NCBI GenBank assembly: GCA_039208735.1
Contig: JBCCQY010000001.1
Span: 124,021-188,020 of the forward strand
Direction: 5' to 3'
From: Myxococcota bacterium
Lineage (GTDB): Bacteria > Myxococcota_A > UBA796 > GCA-2862545
Length of the DNA: 64,000 bases
Shown here: positions 28,347-37,999 of the stretch, in pieces
Layout: every line of letters starts with the position of its first letter
Position numbering within the stretch: position 1 is the first letter of the stretch
Notes under the pieces: model-generated
Told to the model about the DNA's origin: nothing
What the model saw: only the letters and a program-made list of their open reading frames with translations
The model's database searches: none
Position numbers and translations under genes: made by a program

Positions 28347-28380
28347 AACTGATAACGATTTTCATTTTCATTTATCAGTT
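28347..28380. promoter_or_regulatory. Fur-box-like operator (copy 1)
   Basis: AACTGATAA-cgattttcattttcat-TTATCAGTT; 28351-28369 matches 15/19 of GATAATGATAATCATTATC. Confidence 0.75.
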
Positions 28381-28599
28381 AGTAAACTGTCGGGAACCTG
28401 TCCAGAGGGAGGGCGAGATGATGGGGCGGTTTGGTCATTGCGAAGGGCTATCCTTCACACTGCGCGGCCGGGACATCGGCCCGCGAGCGGTGCATCACGG
28501 GTTCGCCGGATCTTCCGATGCGGTCGACATGAGCGCTGTCAGAGACTGGAGCTTCGTTGTCAGTTCGCCGCCGCTGGGGCTGGCTTTCGTGGCCGAGGC

Positions 28600-29841
28600 A
28601 TGAGCATGCTGGTGGCCATGGCCTGGCGCAATCTCTGGCGGCACTCGCTGCGTACCGGCCTCACCGCGCTCGCGATGGGCTCCGTGGTGGCCATCGTGAT
28701 CTGGCTGTTGTCGCTGCAGGCGGGCATTCGCGACACGCTCGAGCGGGTCGGGGTCACCGAGTCGATCGGACACGCGGTGATCCAGCATCCCGACTTCAGC
28801 CGAACCCAGTCGCTGTACGACACGATCGACGATGCAGAGGCGTTACTCGCGAGCCTCGACGACGCTCCCGGGACCGTCGCCGTCGCTCCCCGCGTGCACG
28901 GCAACGCCCTGCTCGGCGGCGAGGCGAAGACGGTCGGCGTCGTCTTGCGGGGCATCGACCCCGTGCGGGAGTACGCACTAACGGGGCTTGACGCGCGCGT
29001 GTTCGACGGCGAGGCCCTTGCGGCAGACCCCTCGGGGGGGATTCTACTCGGCGTCGATCTTGCGTCGAGCCTCGACGTCGCTGTGGGCGAGGAAGTGGTC
29101 GCGGTGACCGAGGACGCCCAGGGGGGCCTCGGCAACGCGCTCTACACCGTCTCGGGCATCCTTAGGACCGGCGACCCCATGCAGGACCGATCGGGTGCGG
29201 TGCTCCACATCGCCGACCTGCAGTCACTGATGGCGATTCCGGACGCGGTGCACGACATTGCGCTTACCACAACTGCGATCGCGCCCGAGGTGGTCGAGCC
29301 GTGGCTCGACGGGCTGGCGTCGACCCTGGGGAAACAGGAGCTGCGGGTGCGTCCCTGGTGGGACGTCTCGCCCGCGCTCGCCGAGATCCTCGAGCTGCAG
29401 TCGGTGGTCATCCTCGTCCTGTCGTCGATCTTTCTCGGCATCGCGGCTCTCGTCGTCGTGAACTCGCTGCTCATGTCGGTCTACGAGCGAACCCGGGAGT
29501 TCGGCGTGCTCCGCGCCCTTGGGCTCCGGCCGTTCCGACTCGTGGGCATGGTGTTCATCGAATCCGCGTTCATGGGTGGCCTCGCCTCGACGGTGGGGTT
29601 GCTGCTCGGCGGGCTCGTGGTGGCCTGGATGACGACCTACGGACTCGACCTATCGGTCGGCGACGGGCAGGGCTTTCAGTCCGGCACCATCAGCTTCGAC
29701 CCGATTATCTACGGCCGGGCGACCCCGGCCGTGCTGTTGGTTCCGATCGCCATCACGTTCGTGTGTGCGCTGTTCGCGGGGGTGCTGCCCGCGTTGCGCG
29801 CGGCCAGCGTCCAGCCCATCCAGGCGCTGAGGGAGGGGTAA
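28600..29841 (+). CDS. ABC transporter permease, FtsX/MacB/LolE family
   Basis: MAWRNLWRH..RT, RGIDP..E, NSLLMSVYERTREFGVLRALG, PALRAA..QPIQALR. Confidence 0.92.
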   Translation: MSMLVAMAWRNLWRHSLRTGLTALAMGSVVAIVIWLLSLQAGIRDTLERVGVTESIGHAVIQHPDFSRTQSLYDTIDDAEALLASLDDAPGTVAVAPRVHGNALLGGEAKTVGVVLRGIDPVREYALTGLDARVFDGEALAADPSGGILLGVDLASSLDVAVGEEVVAVTEDAQGGLGNALYTVSGILRTGDPMQDRSGAVLHIADLQSLMAIPDAVHDIALTTTAIAPEVVEPWLDGLASTLGKQELRVRPWWDVSPALAEILELQSVVILVLSSIFLGIAALVVVNSLLMSVYERTREFGVLRALGLRPFRLVGMVFIESAFMGGLASTVGLLLGGLVVAWMTTYGLDLSVGDGQGFQSGTISFDPIIYGRATPAVLLVPIAITFVCALFAGVLPALRAASVQPIQALREG

Positions 29842-31082
29842 TGTTGTTTCGACTGGCACTCCGCAACCTGATGCGCAGCCCCGTCCGCACCGTGATCGCC
29901 TCGTCGGCCACGATCATCGGTCTCGTGCTCGCGCTTTTCGCAACCTCGATGGAGACCGGGCAGTGGGACACGGTGCTCAGCGCGAGCATCGGTGCCGCGG
30001 CAGGCCACGTGGTCGTCCACGCTCCCGGCGCGCTCGAAGACCCGGGGCCGGCCCGGCATGTCGCCGACGCTTCGGCGGTGGTCACGTCCATCGAGGCCGC
30101 GGTTCCCTCGGGCTCGGCCGTAGTGCCGCGCATCTCACTTGGGGGACTCCTTACTTCCCCCAAGAACCGCGTGGCCATCGGGCTTCGAGGGGTCGATCCA
30201 GAGCGCGAGGGTCCCTTCGTTCGGGTTGACGATCTTGTCGATACGTCGAACGGTGGAGGCTGGCTTGAGAACGGTGACGAACGGGGCATCGTCGTAGGCA
30301 GTGGACTTGCGGAGAAGCTCGAGGTCGGACTCGACGACAAGGTCGTCTTCATGGGCCAGGACAGCGACGACGAGATCGCGAGCCGCCTCTTCCGGATCCG
30401 GGGCGTCTACACGACGGGTAACGACTTCGTCGACGGATTTACTGCCTTCGCGACGCTCTCGGCGGCGCAGGAGTTCCTCGGGGCGGGCGACGCGGTGACC
30501 CAGATCGCGGTGCAGCTGCCCCGCTCGGGGGGAGAGGCGGCGCTGGCGAACACGCTGCAGGCCGCTCTCGGCGACGGGGTCGAAGCTCGGACTTGGAAGG
30601 ACGTACTGCCGCTGCTCGACGAGCAACGTCGGCTCGACGAGGGTTTCTCCTATGTGATCTACTCGCTGCTGCTCGGTGCGGTCGCCATCGGTATCGTCAT
30701 CGTAGTGTTCGTCTCTGTGCTAGAGCGATCGAGGGAGTTCGGGGTACTCATGGCTATCGGGATGAAGAAGCCGCAGCTGGCCCGGATGGTGCTCCTCGAA
30801 GGCGCCATCCTCGGGGTGGTGGCGACGGCGCTTGGCATGATCGCGGCGGTGGGGGTCGTGATGGCGATCAACGCGTCGGGTGGCATCGACTTCGGCAGCG
30901 TGGTCGACAACGCCGTGCCCGTCGAGGGCGTCACCATCGACCCGGTGCTTCGGCCGGGCATTGCGCCGTTCAAGTTTGCCTTTTTCGGGACAGCGACCGT
31001 TTTGTTCTCCGTGATTGCGACCCTCTGGCCGGCCTGGCGGGTGCTGCGGATGCAGCCCGTCGACGCAATGCGTGCCGTGTGA
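29841..31082 (+). CDS. ABC transporter permease, FtsX/MacB/LolE family
   Basis: LALRNLMRSPVRT, GVDPERE, SVLERSREFGVLMAIG, PAWRVLRMQPVDAMR; TAATG overlap. Confidence 0.92.
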   Translation: MLFRLALRNLMRSPVRTVIASSATIIGLVLALFATSMETGQWDTVLSASIGAAAGHVVVHAPGALEDPGPARHVADASAVVTSIEAAVPSGSAVVPRISLGGLLTSPKNRVAIGLRGVDPEREGPFVRVDDLVDTSNGGGWLENGDERGIVVGSGLAEKLEVGLDDKVVFMGQDSDDEIASRLFRIRGVYTTGNDFVDGFTAFATLSAAQEFLGAGDAVTQIAVQLPRSGGEAALANTLQAALGDGVEARTWKDVLPLLDEQRRLDEGFSYVIYSLLLGAVAIGIVIVVFVSVLERSREFGVLMAIGMKKPQLARMVLLEGAILGVVATALGMIAAVGVVMAINASGGIDFGSVVDNAVPVEGVTIDPVLRPGIAPFKFAFFGTATVLFSVIATLWPAWRVLRMQPVDAMRAV

Positions 31083-31819
31083 ACCGGAACTCGCGATTCG
31101 CTCTTCTCCTCGCCTCGGCCTCCGCGGTCGTCGGGTCGCTGCTGTTGGTGAGCGGGGACGTGCTCATGCTCGGGCACGAGGTCGACGAGGCCGCGTTTCC
31201 GATGTTCGCGACGACCTATGCCGATCGGATCAATCCGGAGGTCGCCCTCACCGTCGCCTCGGGCTCTCCCGAACGTCAGGGCCTGGCCTCGCTGCTGCTT
31301 GCCGTGGCGCCGGTGTTCTTGCTGCCGGGCCTCTGGGCCGCCCGGCAGACCCTGCGCCGACCGCAGGGGTGGCTCGAGCAGGGCGCGTTTTGGCTGCTCG
31401 TGGGGGCGACGGCGCTGATGCCGTTGCTCCACGCGCGGTTCTTCTTCGTCGGGGAGCACCTCCGCGCGCTGGCCGCGGTGGATCCGTCCGCCCATCCCGT
31501 CCTGCTCGACACGACGGATCGCCTGCTCGAGACCTACTACACGGGCTGGGGCATCGCCTTGCTCGCCTGGTTCGGCGGCTGGGCGACGTGGCTCGTCGTC
31601 GTCGCGATGGCCCGGACCACGTTTCCGAGAGCCGCCGCGCTGCTCACCCCGATCGGGTTGCTTCCCCTCGTCCTAGTGGGGCTTGGACTGCTTCCCGACG
31701 CCCTTGGCGTGCCGCTAGGGCGGGCACCGGCTTCGTTGGCGACCTCCGGATTCTTCACGGTTCTGGCCGCGCACGTCCAGACGGCCCGGTTCCGACGCCG
31801 TCACCTCGAGGCGTCGTGA
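31079..31819 (+). CDS. Integral membrane protein (DUF6796-like)
   Basis: GTGA overlap; about six TM segments; GD.LMLG. Confidence 0.6.
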   Translation: MNRNSRFALLLASASAVVGSLLLVSGDVLMLGHEVDEAAFPMFATTYADRINPEVALTVASGSPERQGLASLLLAVAPVFLLPGLWAARQTLRRPQGWLEQGAFWLLVGATALMPLLHARFFFVGEHLRALAAVDPSAHPVLLDTTDRLLETYYTGWGIALLAWFGGWATWLVVVAMARTTFPRAAALLTPIGLLPLVLVGLGLLPDALGVPLGRAPASLATSGFFTVLAAHVQTARFRRRHLEAS

Positions 31820-33033
31820 CGGGCCGCCGCCCCAAGCCGCACGATGCCCCGGATCGTCTGATTCGTAGAGATGCCCTCGGTCAGCGTGCCGTCCGTGCCG
31901 AGCCGGAGAAGCTGGGAGCCGCCGAAGTCCGGCGCATTGTCCACCACATAGTAGGTGTCGTCGAACACGAAGGGCGTCGCGAAGCTGTTGCCGGGGGGGC
32001 GGGCATCGACCCGACGGAACGACGGTGGGTCGAACTGGTCGATGAACCCCCAGCTCCAGATGGGGCCACTCGTGATGTCGCCCGTCGCGAATGGCGGCTC
32101 GGGCAGCGCCGAGGGGTCGGCGACCCTCGCCCAGGCCTTGTCGTCAGCGACGAACACGAAGTTGCCGGTCGGGTCACCGTCGAACAGATCGGCTGCAGAC
32201 AGGACGGGTGTTTCGCGCGAAGTGCGGGTGACCGGATCGTAGGCCATCACGCAAGACTCTCCGGCGCGCTCCCCCTCCGACGCGATGCCTACCGCGGTCG
32301 AGAAGCTGCCTGTGCCGAGCAGGAGTTCTCCCTCGGCCGTGAGGCGGCTGTGAAGGGCGTAGCCGCACGTCTGGACCTGGGTGACATCCGAGATCTCGCC
32401 AGTCACGGTGTTGGTGGCGAAAACCAAGCTGATCGGTTCAACAACATCGATGACGGAGCTCGCGAAGCCGACCGTGCTGTAGATCTCGTCGCCCAACCGG
32501 TGGGTCTCGTAGCCGAGGACGGGCAGCAGCCCGAGACGCGGCACCTGGTCACGCGGTACCATGACGATCTCGCGCAGCTCCATCGCACTCGGATCCCAGA
32601 TCCGGAGTTCCCCTGCGGCGGGGTCGAACAGGTAGGCCGTGGTCTCGTCGATGCTCTGGAAGTTGCGGCCTACGAAGAGGCGGGTCTCGGTGAGCAGCGG
32701 CAGGCCGAGTTCCGCTTCGACAGTGAACGACCGGTCCGCGCCGATTCGGTAGCGGGTGATGCGGGGCGAATCGCCGGCGAGCACGTACAGCGCCGAGGGG
32801 TCGAAGGGCGTCGTGAAAAGCGCACCGTTGCCGTCGAGGGGCAGGCTCTCGCTCAGATCGAGCTCGATCGGAGCCAGCAGGTCGTCGACGAGCACGACCG
32901 CGCTCCCGCCGTCCCCCTGGATGCGCACCACCACGGCGAACAGCGTCTCCGACAGCTCCTCTCCGACCATGGGGGGCGACTCCTCTTCGAGCGTGCATCC
33001 CCCCAGCAGCAACCCAGTGAACCAAGCGATCAT
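31801..33033 (-). CDS. MxcI/DUF4374-like iron-uptake lipoprotein (beta-propeller)
   Basis: Lipobox LGGC; ITRY, IDETTAYLFD....LRIWDPSAMEL resembles MxcI-type lipoproteins. Confidence 0.65.
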   Translation of the reverse strand: MIAWFTGLLLGGCTLEEESPPMVGEELSETLFAVVVRIQGDGGSAVVLVDDLLAPIELDLSESLPLDGNGALFTTPFDPSALYVLAGDSPRITRYRIGADRSFTVEAELGLPLLTETRLFVGRNFQSIDETTAYLFDPAAGELRIWDPSAMELREIVMVPRDQVPRLGLLPVLGYETHRLGDEIYSTVGFASSVIDVVEPISLVFATNTVTGEISDVTQVQTCGYALHSRLTAEGELLLGTGSFSTAVGIASEGERAGESCVMAYDPVTRTSRETPVLSAADLFDGDPTGNFVFVADDKAWARVADPSALPEPPFATGDITSGPIWSWGFIDQFDPPSFRRVDARPPGNSFATPFVFDDTYYVVDNAPDFGGSQLLRLGTDGTLTEGISTNQTIRGIVRLGAAARHDASR

Positions 33034-33086
33034 TATGACGTCCTCCAGAATCCAGGTTCACCCTCACGCGACGCGGAGCGTATGGC

Positions 33087-33818
33087 ATGACTGCAGCCTC
33101 CGACCGACCCACGGGCCACGTGCTGATGCGTGTCGAGAACCTCGGCGAGGCGATCCGGCAGGCGATCGACGCCGGGTTCCGGGTCTTGCCGGGCTCTCCG
33201 GGGCCCGATCCCCGCAACGGCCTCATCCACCTCGCCGACGGGTGGTTCCTCGAGCTGTTCCCGCGGCCCCGGCTCTCTGCCTGGGTCCGTGTTCCGCTCG
33301 AAATCGCGCTGCGCTGGTGGCGGCCCGAGGTCGTGGCCCGGTTCGATCAGTGGACCCGAGGCGAGGCGCCCGCTGTCGTGGACTGGGCGATCGACGTGGA
33401 TGACGTCGAGGCCGCGCACGCGCGACTGGGTGACGTGCCCTGCGGAAAGAGCATCTCCCTGTCCCGCAAGCAGGTCGACGGATCGATGACCCGATGGAGG
33501 CTCGCTGCTCCGCGGGACCCACGCCTGCCCTTCCTGATGGGCCCCTACGTGGGTCACGTGCCCGTCGAGCCGTGGCAGCAGCATCCCAACGGGGCGCGTG
33601 CCCTGTTGGACGTCCCGCTTGTCGAGGGCGCGGATCCCGAGGCTCTGGCGTCGCTCCTGCAGCGCCTCGGCCACTCCGCCAACGTGGGTCCAGACTCGGT
33701 TCGGCTCGGCGCAATCCGGATCGGTCATGGTCCGCTCGTCATCCGTACGGTGGGCGAGGCCCGCACGCTGCAGGTCGGTGGGCACGTCATCGAGCTGCAG
33801 TCCGACAGGCCACGGTGA
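33087..33818 (+). CDS. VOC family protein (Glyoxalase_3-like)
   Basis: HVLMRVENL..A, GF.V.PG, NGLIHLADG.FLEL, LPFLM, HPNGA. Confidence 0.8.
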   Translation: MTAASDRPTGHVLMRVENLGEAIRQAIDAGFRVLPGSPGPDPRNGLIHLADGWFLELFPRPRLSAWVRVPLEIALRWWRPEVVARFDQWTRGEAPAVVDWAIDVDDVEAAHARLGDVPCGKSISLSRKQVDGSMTRWRLAAPRDPRLPFLMGPYVGHVPVEPWQQHPNGARALLDVPLVEGADPEALASLLQRLGHSANVGPDSVRLGAIRIGHGPLVIRTVGEARTLQVGGHVIELQSDRPR

Positions 33819-33931
33819 GCGCGGCTCCCCAGAGCAGGTTGGTGAGTCTCGACATCAGGTTCCTCGGGCAAAAAGGGTGGGCAACGGTCGGCAATGGCCC
33901 CGACCACAACAGTGGCGGACCGGTCTCCATG

Positions 33932-33955
33932 TTGAAAACGATTTTCAATATCATT
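33932..33955. promoter_or_regulatory. Fur-box-like operator (copy 2) upstream of hmuTUV
   Basis: TTGAAAA-cga-TTTTCAA palindrome; 33934-33952 matches 14/19 of the Fur consensus. Confidence 0.75.
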
Positions 33956-33998
33956 ATTGCGCGTCCGACCGACCCCGACCTCGGCCACAGGAGTCCCG

Positions 33999-34895
33999 AT
34001 GAAGCCGTCCGTTTTTGCTCACTGGCTGATCGCCCTCGTTGCGGTGTGGCTGACCCTCCCGCAGGCGTCGCTCGCGGGCAAGGTGACCGACACCACCGGG
34101 GCGAAGGTCGAGGTGTCGTCGCCAGAGCGAATCGTGAGCCTCGGGGGTGGCATCACCGAGCTGGTCTTCGCGCTCGGGCTCGGCGATCAGGTCATCGCGG
34201 TCGACGCGAGCAGTGTGTATCCCCCCAAGGTGTTCGAGCTGAAGCGGCTGCCCTATCACCGCCAGCTCTCGGCCGAGGGGATCCTGTCGCTGCAGCCCGA
34301 CCTTGTCGTGGCGAGCGATGCCGTGGGCCCCGAGGCCGTGGTCACGCAGATCCGCGACGCGGGCCTGCCGATCGTACGGCTACCCTCCGACGCCACGGTC
34401 GAGGGGGCGAAGGAGCGCATTCGGATGCTTGCCAAGCTGGTCGATCGTAACAAGCAGGGCAAGCAGCTGGTCGGCGACATCGACCGCGCGCTCGACAAGC
34501 TCGCCAAGCCCGCTCCCGCTCCCCGCGTGGTGTTCATCTACGCCCGTGGCGGGGGAACGCTCAACGTGGCCGGCCTCGACACGGGCGCCGGCCGAATGGT
34601 CGAGCTGGCCGGGGGCGTCAACGCGGTCACCGGCTACACGGGCTACAAGCCGCTCACCGCAGAGTCGCTGGTGCTTGCCAAGCCCGACGTGTTCCTCCTC
34701 ACATCTCGCGGGCTCGAGTCGCTCGGCGGAACCGAGGGCCTGCTCGAACAGCCCGGCGTCTCGCTGACCCCGGCGGGACAGAACAAGCGCATCGTGGTTC
34801 TCGACGATCTACTGTTGCTCGGGTTCGGGCCACGGGTCGGCGAGGGCGTGGTCGAGCTCGCGAAGCGTCTGGGTGACCCCGACTTCACCCCATGA
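33999..34895 (+). CDS. hmuT: Hemin ABC transporter substrate-binding protein
   Basis: RIVSLGGGITELVFALG, VD.SS.YP, YHRQLSAEGILSL.PD (heme-ligand Tyr), LLGFGPR. Confidence 0.9.
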   Translation: MKPSVFAHWLIALVAVWLTLPQASLAGKVTDTTGAKVEVSSPERIVSLGGGITELVFALGLGDQVIAVDASSVYPPKVFELKRLPYHRQLSAEGILSLQPDLVVASDAVGPEAVVTQIRDAGLPIVRLPSDATVEGAKERIRMLAKLVDRNKQGKQLVGDIDRALDKLAKPAPAPRVVFIYARGGGTLNVAGLDTGAGRMVELAGGVNAVTGYTGYKPLTAESLVLAKPDVFLLTSRGLESLGGTEGLLEQPGVSLTPAGQNKRIVVLDDLLLLGFGPRVGEGVVELAKRLGDPDFTP

Positions 34896-35944
34896 CGAAT
34901 GACCCGGCGCTTCGACGCACACTGGTACTGGGGGGGTTGGGCGCACTGTGGCTCGGGCTGTGCGTCTGGTCCGCGGCCTCAGGCGCCGTGCCGATTCCCA
35001 GCACCTCGGTGCTCGCGATCGCGCTCGAGTCGCTCGGTCTGCCCGGAATCTGGGAGGTCGACGAGGGGCACCGGGCGGTGGTGATGTCGCTGCGCCTCCC
35101 GCGGATCGCCCTCGCGTCGTTCGTGGGCGCGGCCCTCGCGCTCGGCGGTGCCGTCATGCAGGGGCTGTTCCGTAATCCCCTGGCGGCACCGGGGCTCGTC
35201 GGCGTGTCCACCGGCGCGGCACTGTTCGCCGCGCTGTTCATCGTGCTCGGGACCAGCGCGGGCTGGCTGTACACCATCGGCCTGCCCGGGTCGGCGTTCA
35301 TCGGCGCCACTCTGGTCTGCGTGTTGGTCTTCCAGCTCTCCACCGTCGATGGCGTGACCTCGGTCACGACGATGCTGCTAGCGGGCATTGCCATCAATGC
35401 GCTTTCGGGCGCGCTCACCGGCATCCTGGTGTTCGTCGCCGATGACGCGGCGATTCGCAACCTCACGTTCTGGAGCCTCGGCAGCCTTGGGGGCGCGACG
35501 TGGCAGGGGCTGCAAGTCCTGTCGTTCAGCACGGCGCTGCCCGCATTCGCCTGCCTGTTCCTGGCCGGCCCACTCAACGCGCTGCTGCTCGGCGAAGCCG
35601 AGGCGGGTCACCTCGGAGTGAACGTGGAGCAGCTCAAGCGTTTCGCCGTGTTGCTCGTGGCCCTGATGGTGGGTTCGTCGGTGGCGACGACGGGCGTCAT
35701 CGGCTTCGTGGGCCTGGTGGTGCCCCATCTCTGCCGGCTCGCGCTCGGTCCTGACCATCGCACCCTGCTGCCGGCAAGCCTGCTCGCGGGGCCTGCGCTG
35801 CTCGTCGGTGCCGACGTGCTTTCGCGCACCATCGTGGCGCCCGCCGAACTGCCCATCGGCATCGTCACCACGGTGCTCGGGAGCCCCTTCTTTCTCTGGT
35901 TGCTCCTGCGGAGTCGGGGAGGCGCCGGTGGTCTCGGGGAGTGA
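34892..35944 (+). CDS. hmuU: Hemin ABC transporter permease (FecCD family)
   Basis: LRLPRI, QGLFRNPLA.PG, LLGE.EA.HLG, IGFVGLVVPH, ELPIG. Confidence 0.92.
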   Translation: MTNDPALRRTLVLGGLGALWLGLCVWSAASGAVPIPSTSVLAIALESLGLPGIWEVDEGHRAVVMSLRLPRIALASFVGAALALGGAVMQGLFRNPLAAPGLVGVSTGAALFAALFIVLGTSAGWLYTIGLPGSAFIGATLVCVLVFQLSTVDGVTSVTTMLLAGIAINALSGALTGILVFVADDAAIRNLTFWSLGSLGGATWQGLQVLSFSTALPAFACLFLAGPLNALLLGEAEAGHLGVNVEQLKRFAVLLVALMVGSSVATTGVIGFVGLVVPHLCRLALGPDHRTLLPASLLAGPALLVGADVLSRTIVAPAELPIGIVTTVLGSPFFLWLLLRSRGGAGGLGE

Positions 35945-36713
35945 CGTCAGCGTGGTCCGGGGCCGACCGATCCTCGACGGCGTTGACCTCGAGCTGACCG
36001 AGGGCACGCTGACGGCGGTGTGTGGTCCCAACGGGGCGGGCAAGTCGACGCTGCTCAAGGCGCTCTCCGGGGAGATCACGCCGAGTCGCGGCGAGGTTCG
36101 GCTGGGCGATCGGCGACTCGCTGACTGGCCGAGGCGACGACTCGCGCAGCTTCGGGCGGTGCTCCCGCAAGCCTCTCGGCTGAGCTTCCCCTTCCTCGTC
36201 GAGGAGGTGGTCCAGCTCGGTCGGCTTCCCTACGGGCGCAGCCCCCGTGACGAGGCGCTTGTGCACACCTCGCTCGAGGCGGTGGGCATGCAGGGGTTCG
36301 TCGGACGCCGCTACACCACGTTGTCGGGCGGTGAGCGCCAGCGCGTGCACCTCGCGCGCATCCTTGCCCAGGTCGAGGGCTTCGACGACGACGGGCCGCG
36401 CGTGCTGTTCCTCGACGAGCCCACGTCGTCGCTCGACCTTGGTCATGCGGACCTCGTACTCTCGATCGCTCGGCAGCGGGTCGATGCGGGCATGGCCGTC
36501 ATGGTCGTGCTCCACGACCTGAACCTTGCCGCCACCTGGGCCGACCGCATGGTGGTGCTGGACCGCGGGCGCCGGGTGGCCGAGGGCACGCCCGACGACG
36601 TGCTCAGCGAGGATCTCCTACAGACCGTGTTTGGCGTTCGGGCCCACCTGCTGACCCACCCCGACACCGGGCGTCCGCTGGTCGTTCCGGCCCGTGGGCC
36701 ATCGCATGGGTGA
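35928..36713 (+). CDS. hmuV: Hemin ABC transporter ATP-binding protein
   Basis: GPNGAGKST, RAVLPQ, LSGGERQRVHLARILAQ, LDEPTS, VLHDLNLA. Confidence 0.92.
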   Translation: MVSGSDVSVVRGRPILDGVDLELTEGTLTAVCGPNGAGKSTLLKALSGEITPSRGEVRLGDRRLADWPRRRLAQLRAVLPQASRLSFPFLVEEVVQLGRLPYGRSPRDEALVHTSLEAVGMQGFVGRRYTTLSGGERQRVHLARILAQVEGFDDDGPRVLFLDEPTSSLDLGHADLVLSIARQRVDAGMAVMVVLHDLNLAATWADRMVVLDRGRRVAEGTPDDVLSEDLLQTVFGVRAHLLTHPDTGRPLVVPARGPSHG

Positions 36714-36748
36714 GTCGTCGGACGAGGTCTGACGGGCTCTCCGGCCTG

Positions 36749-37813
36749 TCAGGCGAGGCCTGCAACCAAGCGACGCCAGGACGGCTGCTCTGGAATGCCC
36801 GGCTTTCGCGGGCCAAAGATCTGCACCAGCGTGCGTCCCGCTTCATCGTAAAGTTCGACCGAGGTCACGTCGCCATCTTCGGTCGGCTTGGTCACGACGA
36901 AGGCGCGGGCCACGTCCGGGGCTCGTGCGTGGAGGTTAAAGTCGGGGTCGAGGACGTTGAGCCACTCCACGGGGGCGGGCGCCTTCGGCAGGTTCACGAT
37001 GCGCTGCACCGGGCCCGTGTGGATCTGGATACAGCCCCGATTGCCGACGAACAGCATGAGTTCCTGTCGCGCGTCGGAGGCGCGGCGCAGCAGGGTCTCG
37101 AACACATCGGCGGACACCTCCCGTACGAACCGGCCGAGTGCACACTCAAGGGCGGGTAGCCGGTCGGTCCGGTGCTCGTGCAGCAGCCCGAAGAAATCGT
37201 GGGTGTCGGTCATCGATGCCCAGCCTTCGAGAAAGGCATCGACGTCCTCGGGCCGGCGGCGCTCCGGCGGCCCGGGTGGGGCCTCGGCCACGACGGGAAC
37301 ATCTTGCACGGGGGCCCGGAACGTCTCGACTAGCGCGGCGTACGCTTCGAGATTGGACGCGTCTCCGAGGTACACCTTGTGGACCGCGACTCCCGCGGAA
37401 TCGAAGAACTGCAGTCCCCGCATCCGCCGCCGCGCGGAGAGGCCGGAGTCGTAGGCATAGGCGTGCCGCCATTGCCGAGGAAAGATGCGCAGATCGATGT
37501 CGGGGCCGAGGACGAGCACGTGCATCGCGTTGGTGTGGATCTCTTCGTAAGTGCCCCAGCGCTCATGGACGATGGAGGCGTTGCGCGTGAGCGCCATCAC
37601 GCGGCCCAGCGTGCCGAGCGCCTCGATCATCGCCCGTGGGTCGCCCTCGAGCCGCACCATCGTCTCGCCGACGGCGGTCTGTGCGAGTTCGGCTTCGCTG
37701 ACGCCCAGTCGCTCCGCTGCGTCGCGGGCACGGATTCCCGGCTGCGCCTGCCGAAGCGCCTCCCATCGCTCGCGGAGGGAGGCAGTCGGTGCTGGAGACG
37801 AGTCGCTGGCCAT
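36749..37813 (-). CDS. hmuS: Hemin-degrading/transport protein HemS/HmuS
   Basis: RARDAAERLGVSEAEL, MALTRN..VHE, IDLRIF, QFFD..G.AVHK, TDTHDFF, FVGNRGCIQIHTG, WLNVLDPDFNLH, KPT.DG.VTS.E. Confidence 0.93.
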   Translation of the reverse strand: MASDSSPAPTASLRERWEALRQAQPGIRARDAAERLGVSEAELAQTAVGETMVRLEGDPRAMIEALGTLGRVMALTRNASIVHERWGTYEEIHTNAMHVLVLGPDIDLRIFPRQWRHAYAYDSGLSARRRMRGLQFFDSAGVAVHKVYLGDASNLEAYAALVETFRAPVQDVPVVAEAPPGPPERRRPEDVDAFLEGWASMTDTHDFFGLLHEHRTDRLPALECALGRFVREVSADVFETLLRRASDARQELMLFVGNRGCIQIHTGPVQRIVNLPKAPAPVEWLNVLDPDFNLHARAPDVARAFVVTKPTEDGDVTSVELYDEAGRTLVQIFGPRKPGIPEQPSWRRLVAGLA

Positions 37814-37999
37814 CGGAACCCCGGGGTGTGGTTGTGCCCGAGGTCCATAACGACTCGCTGCGGCGCCTCCCCGCTGCGTCGACCCCACCCACCATGCCAG
37901 TGACACCAACGGTGCTCTACGACGTGTCGGACCCTGACATGCCCTCGAGCGGTTCGGGGTTCCGGCAACGCGTCGGGGATCCTCCGCCAGCGCCGACCT

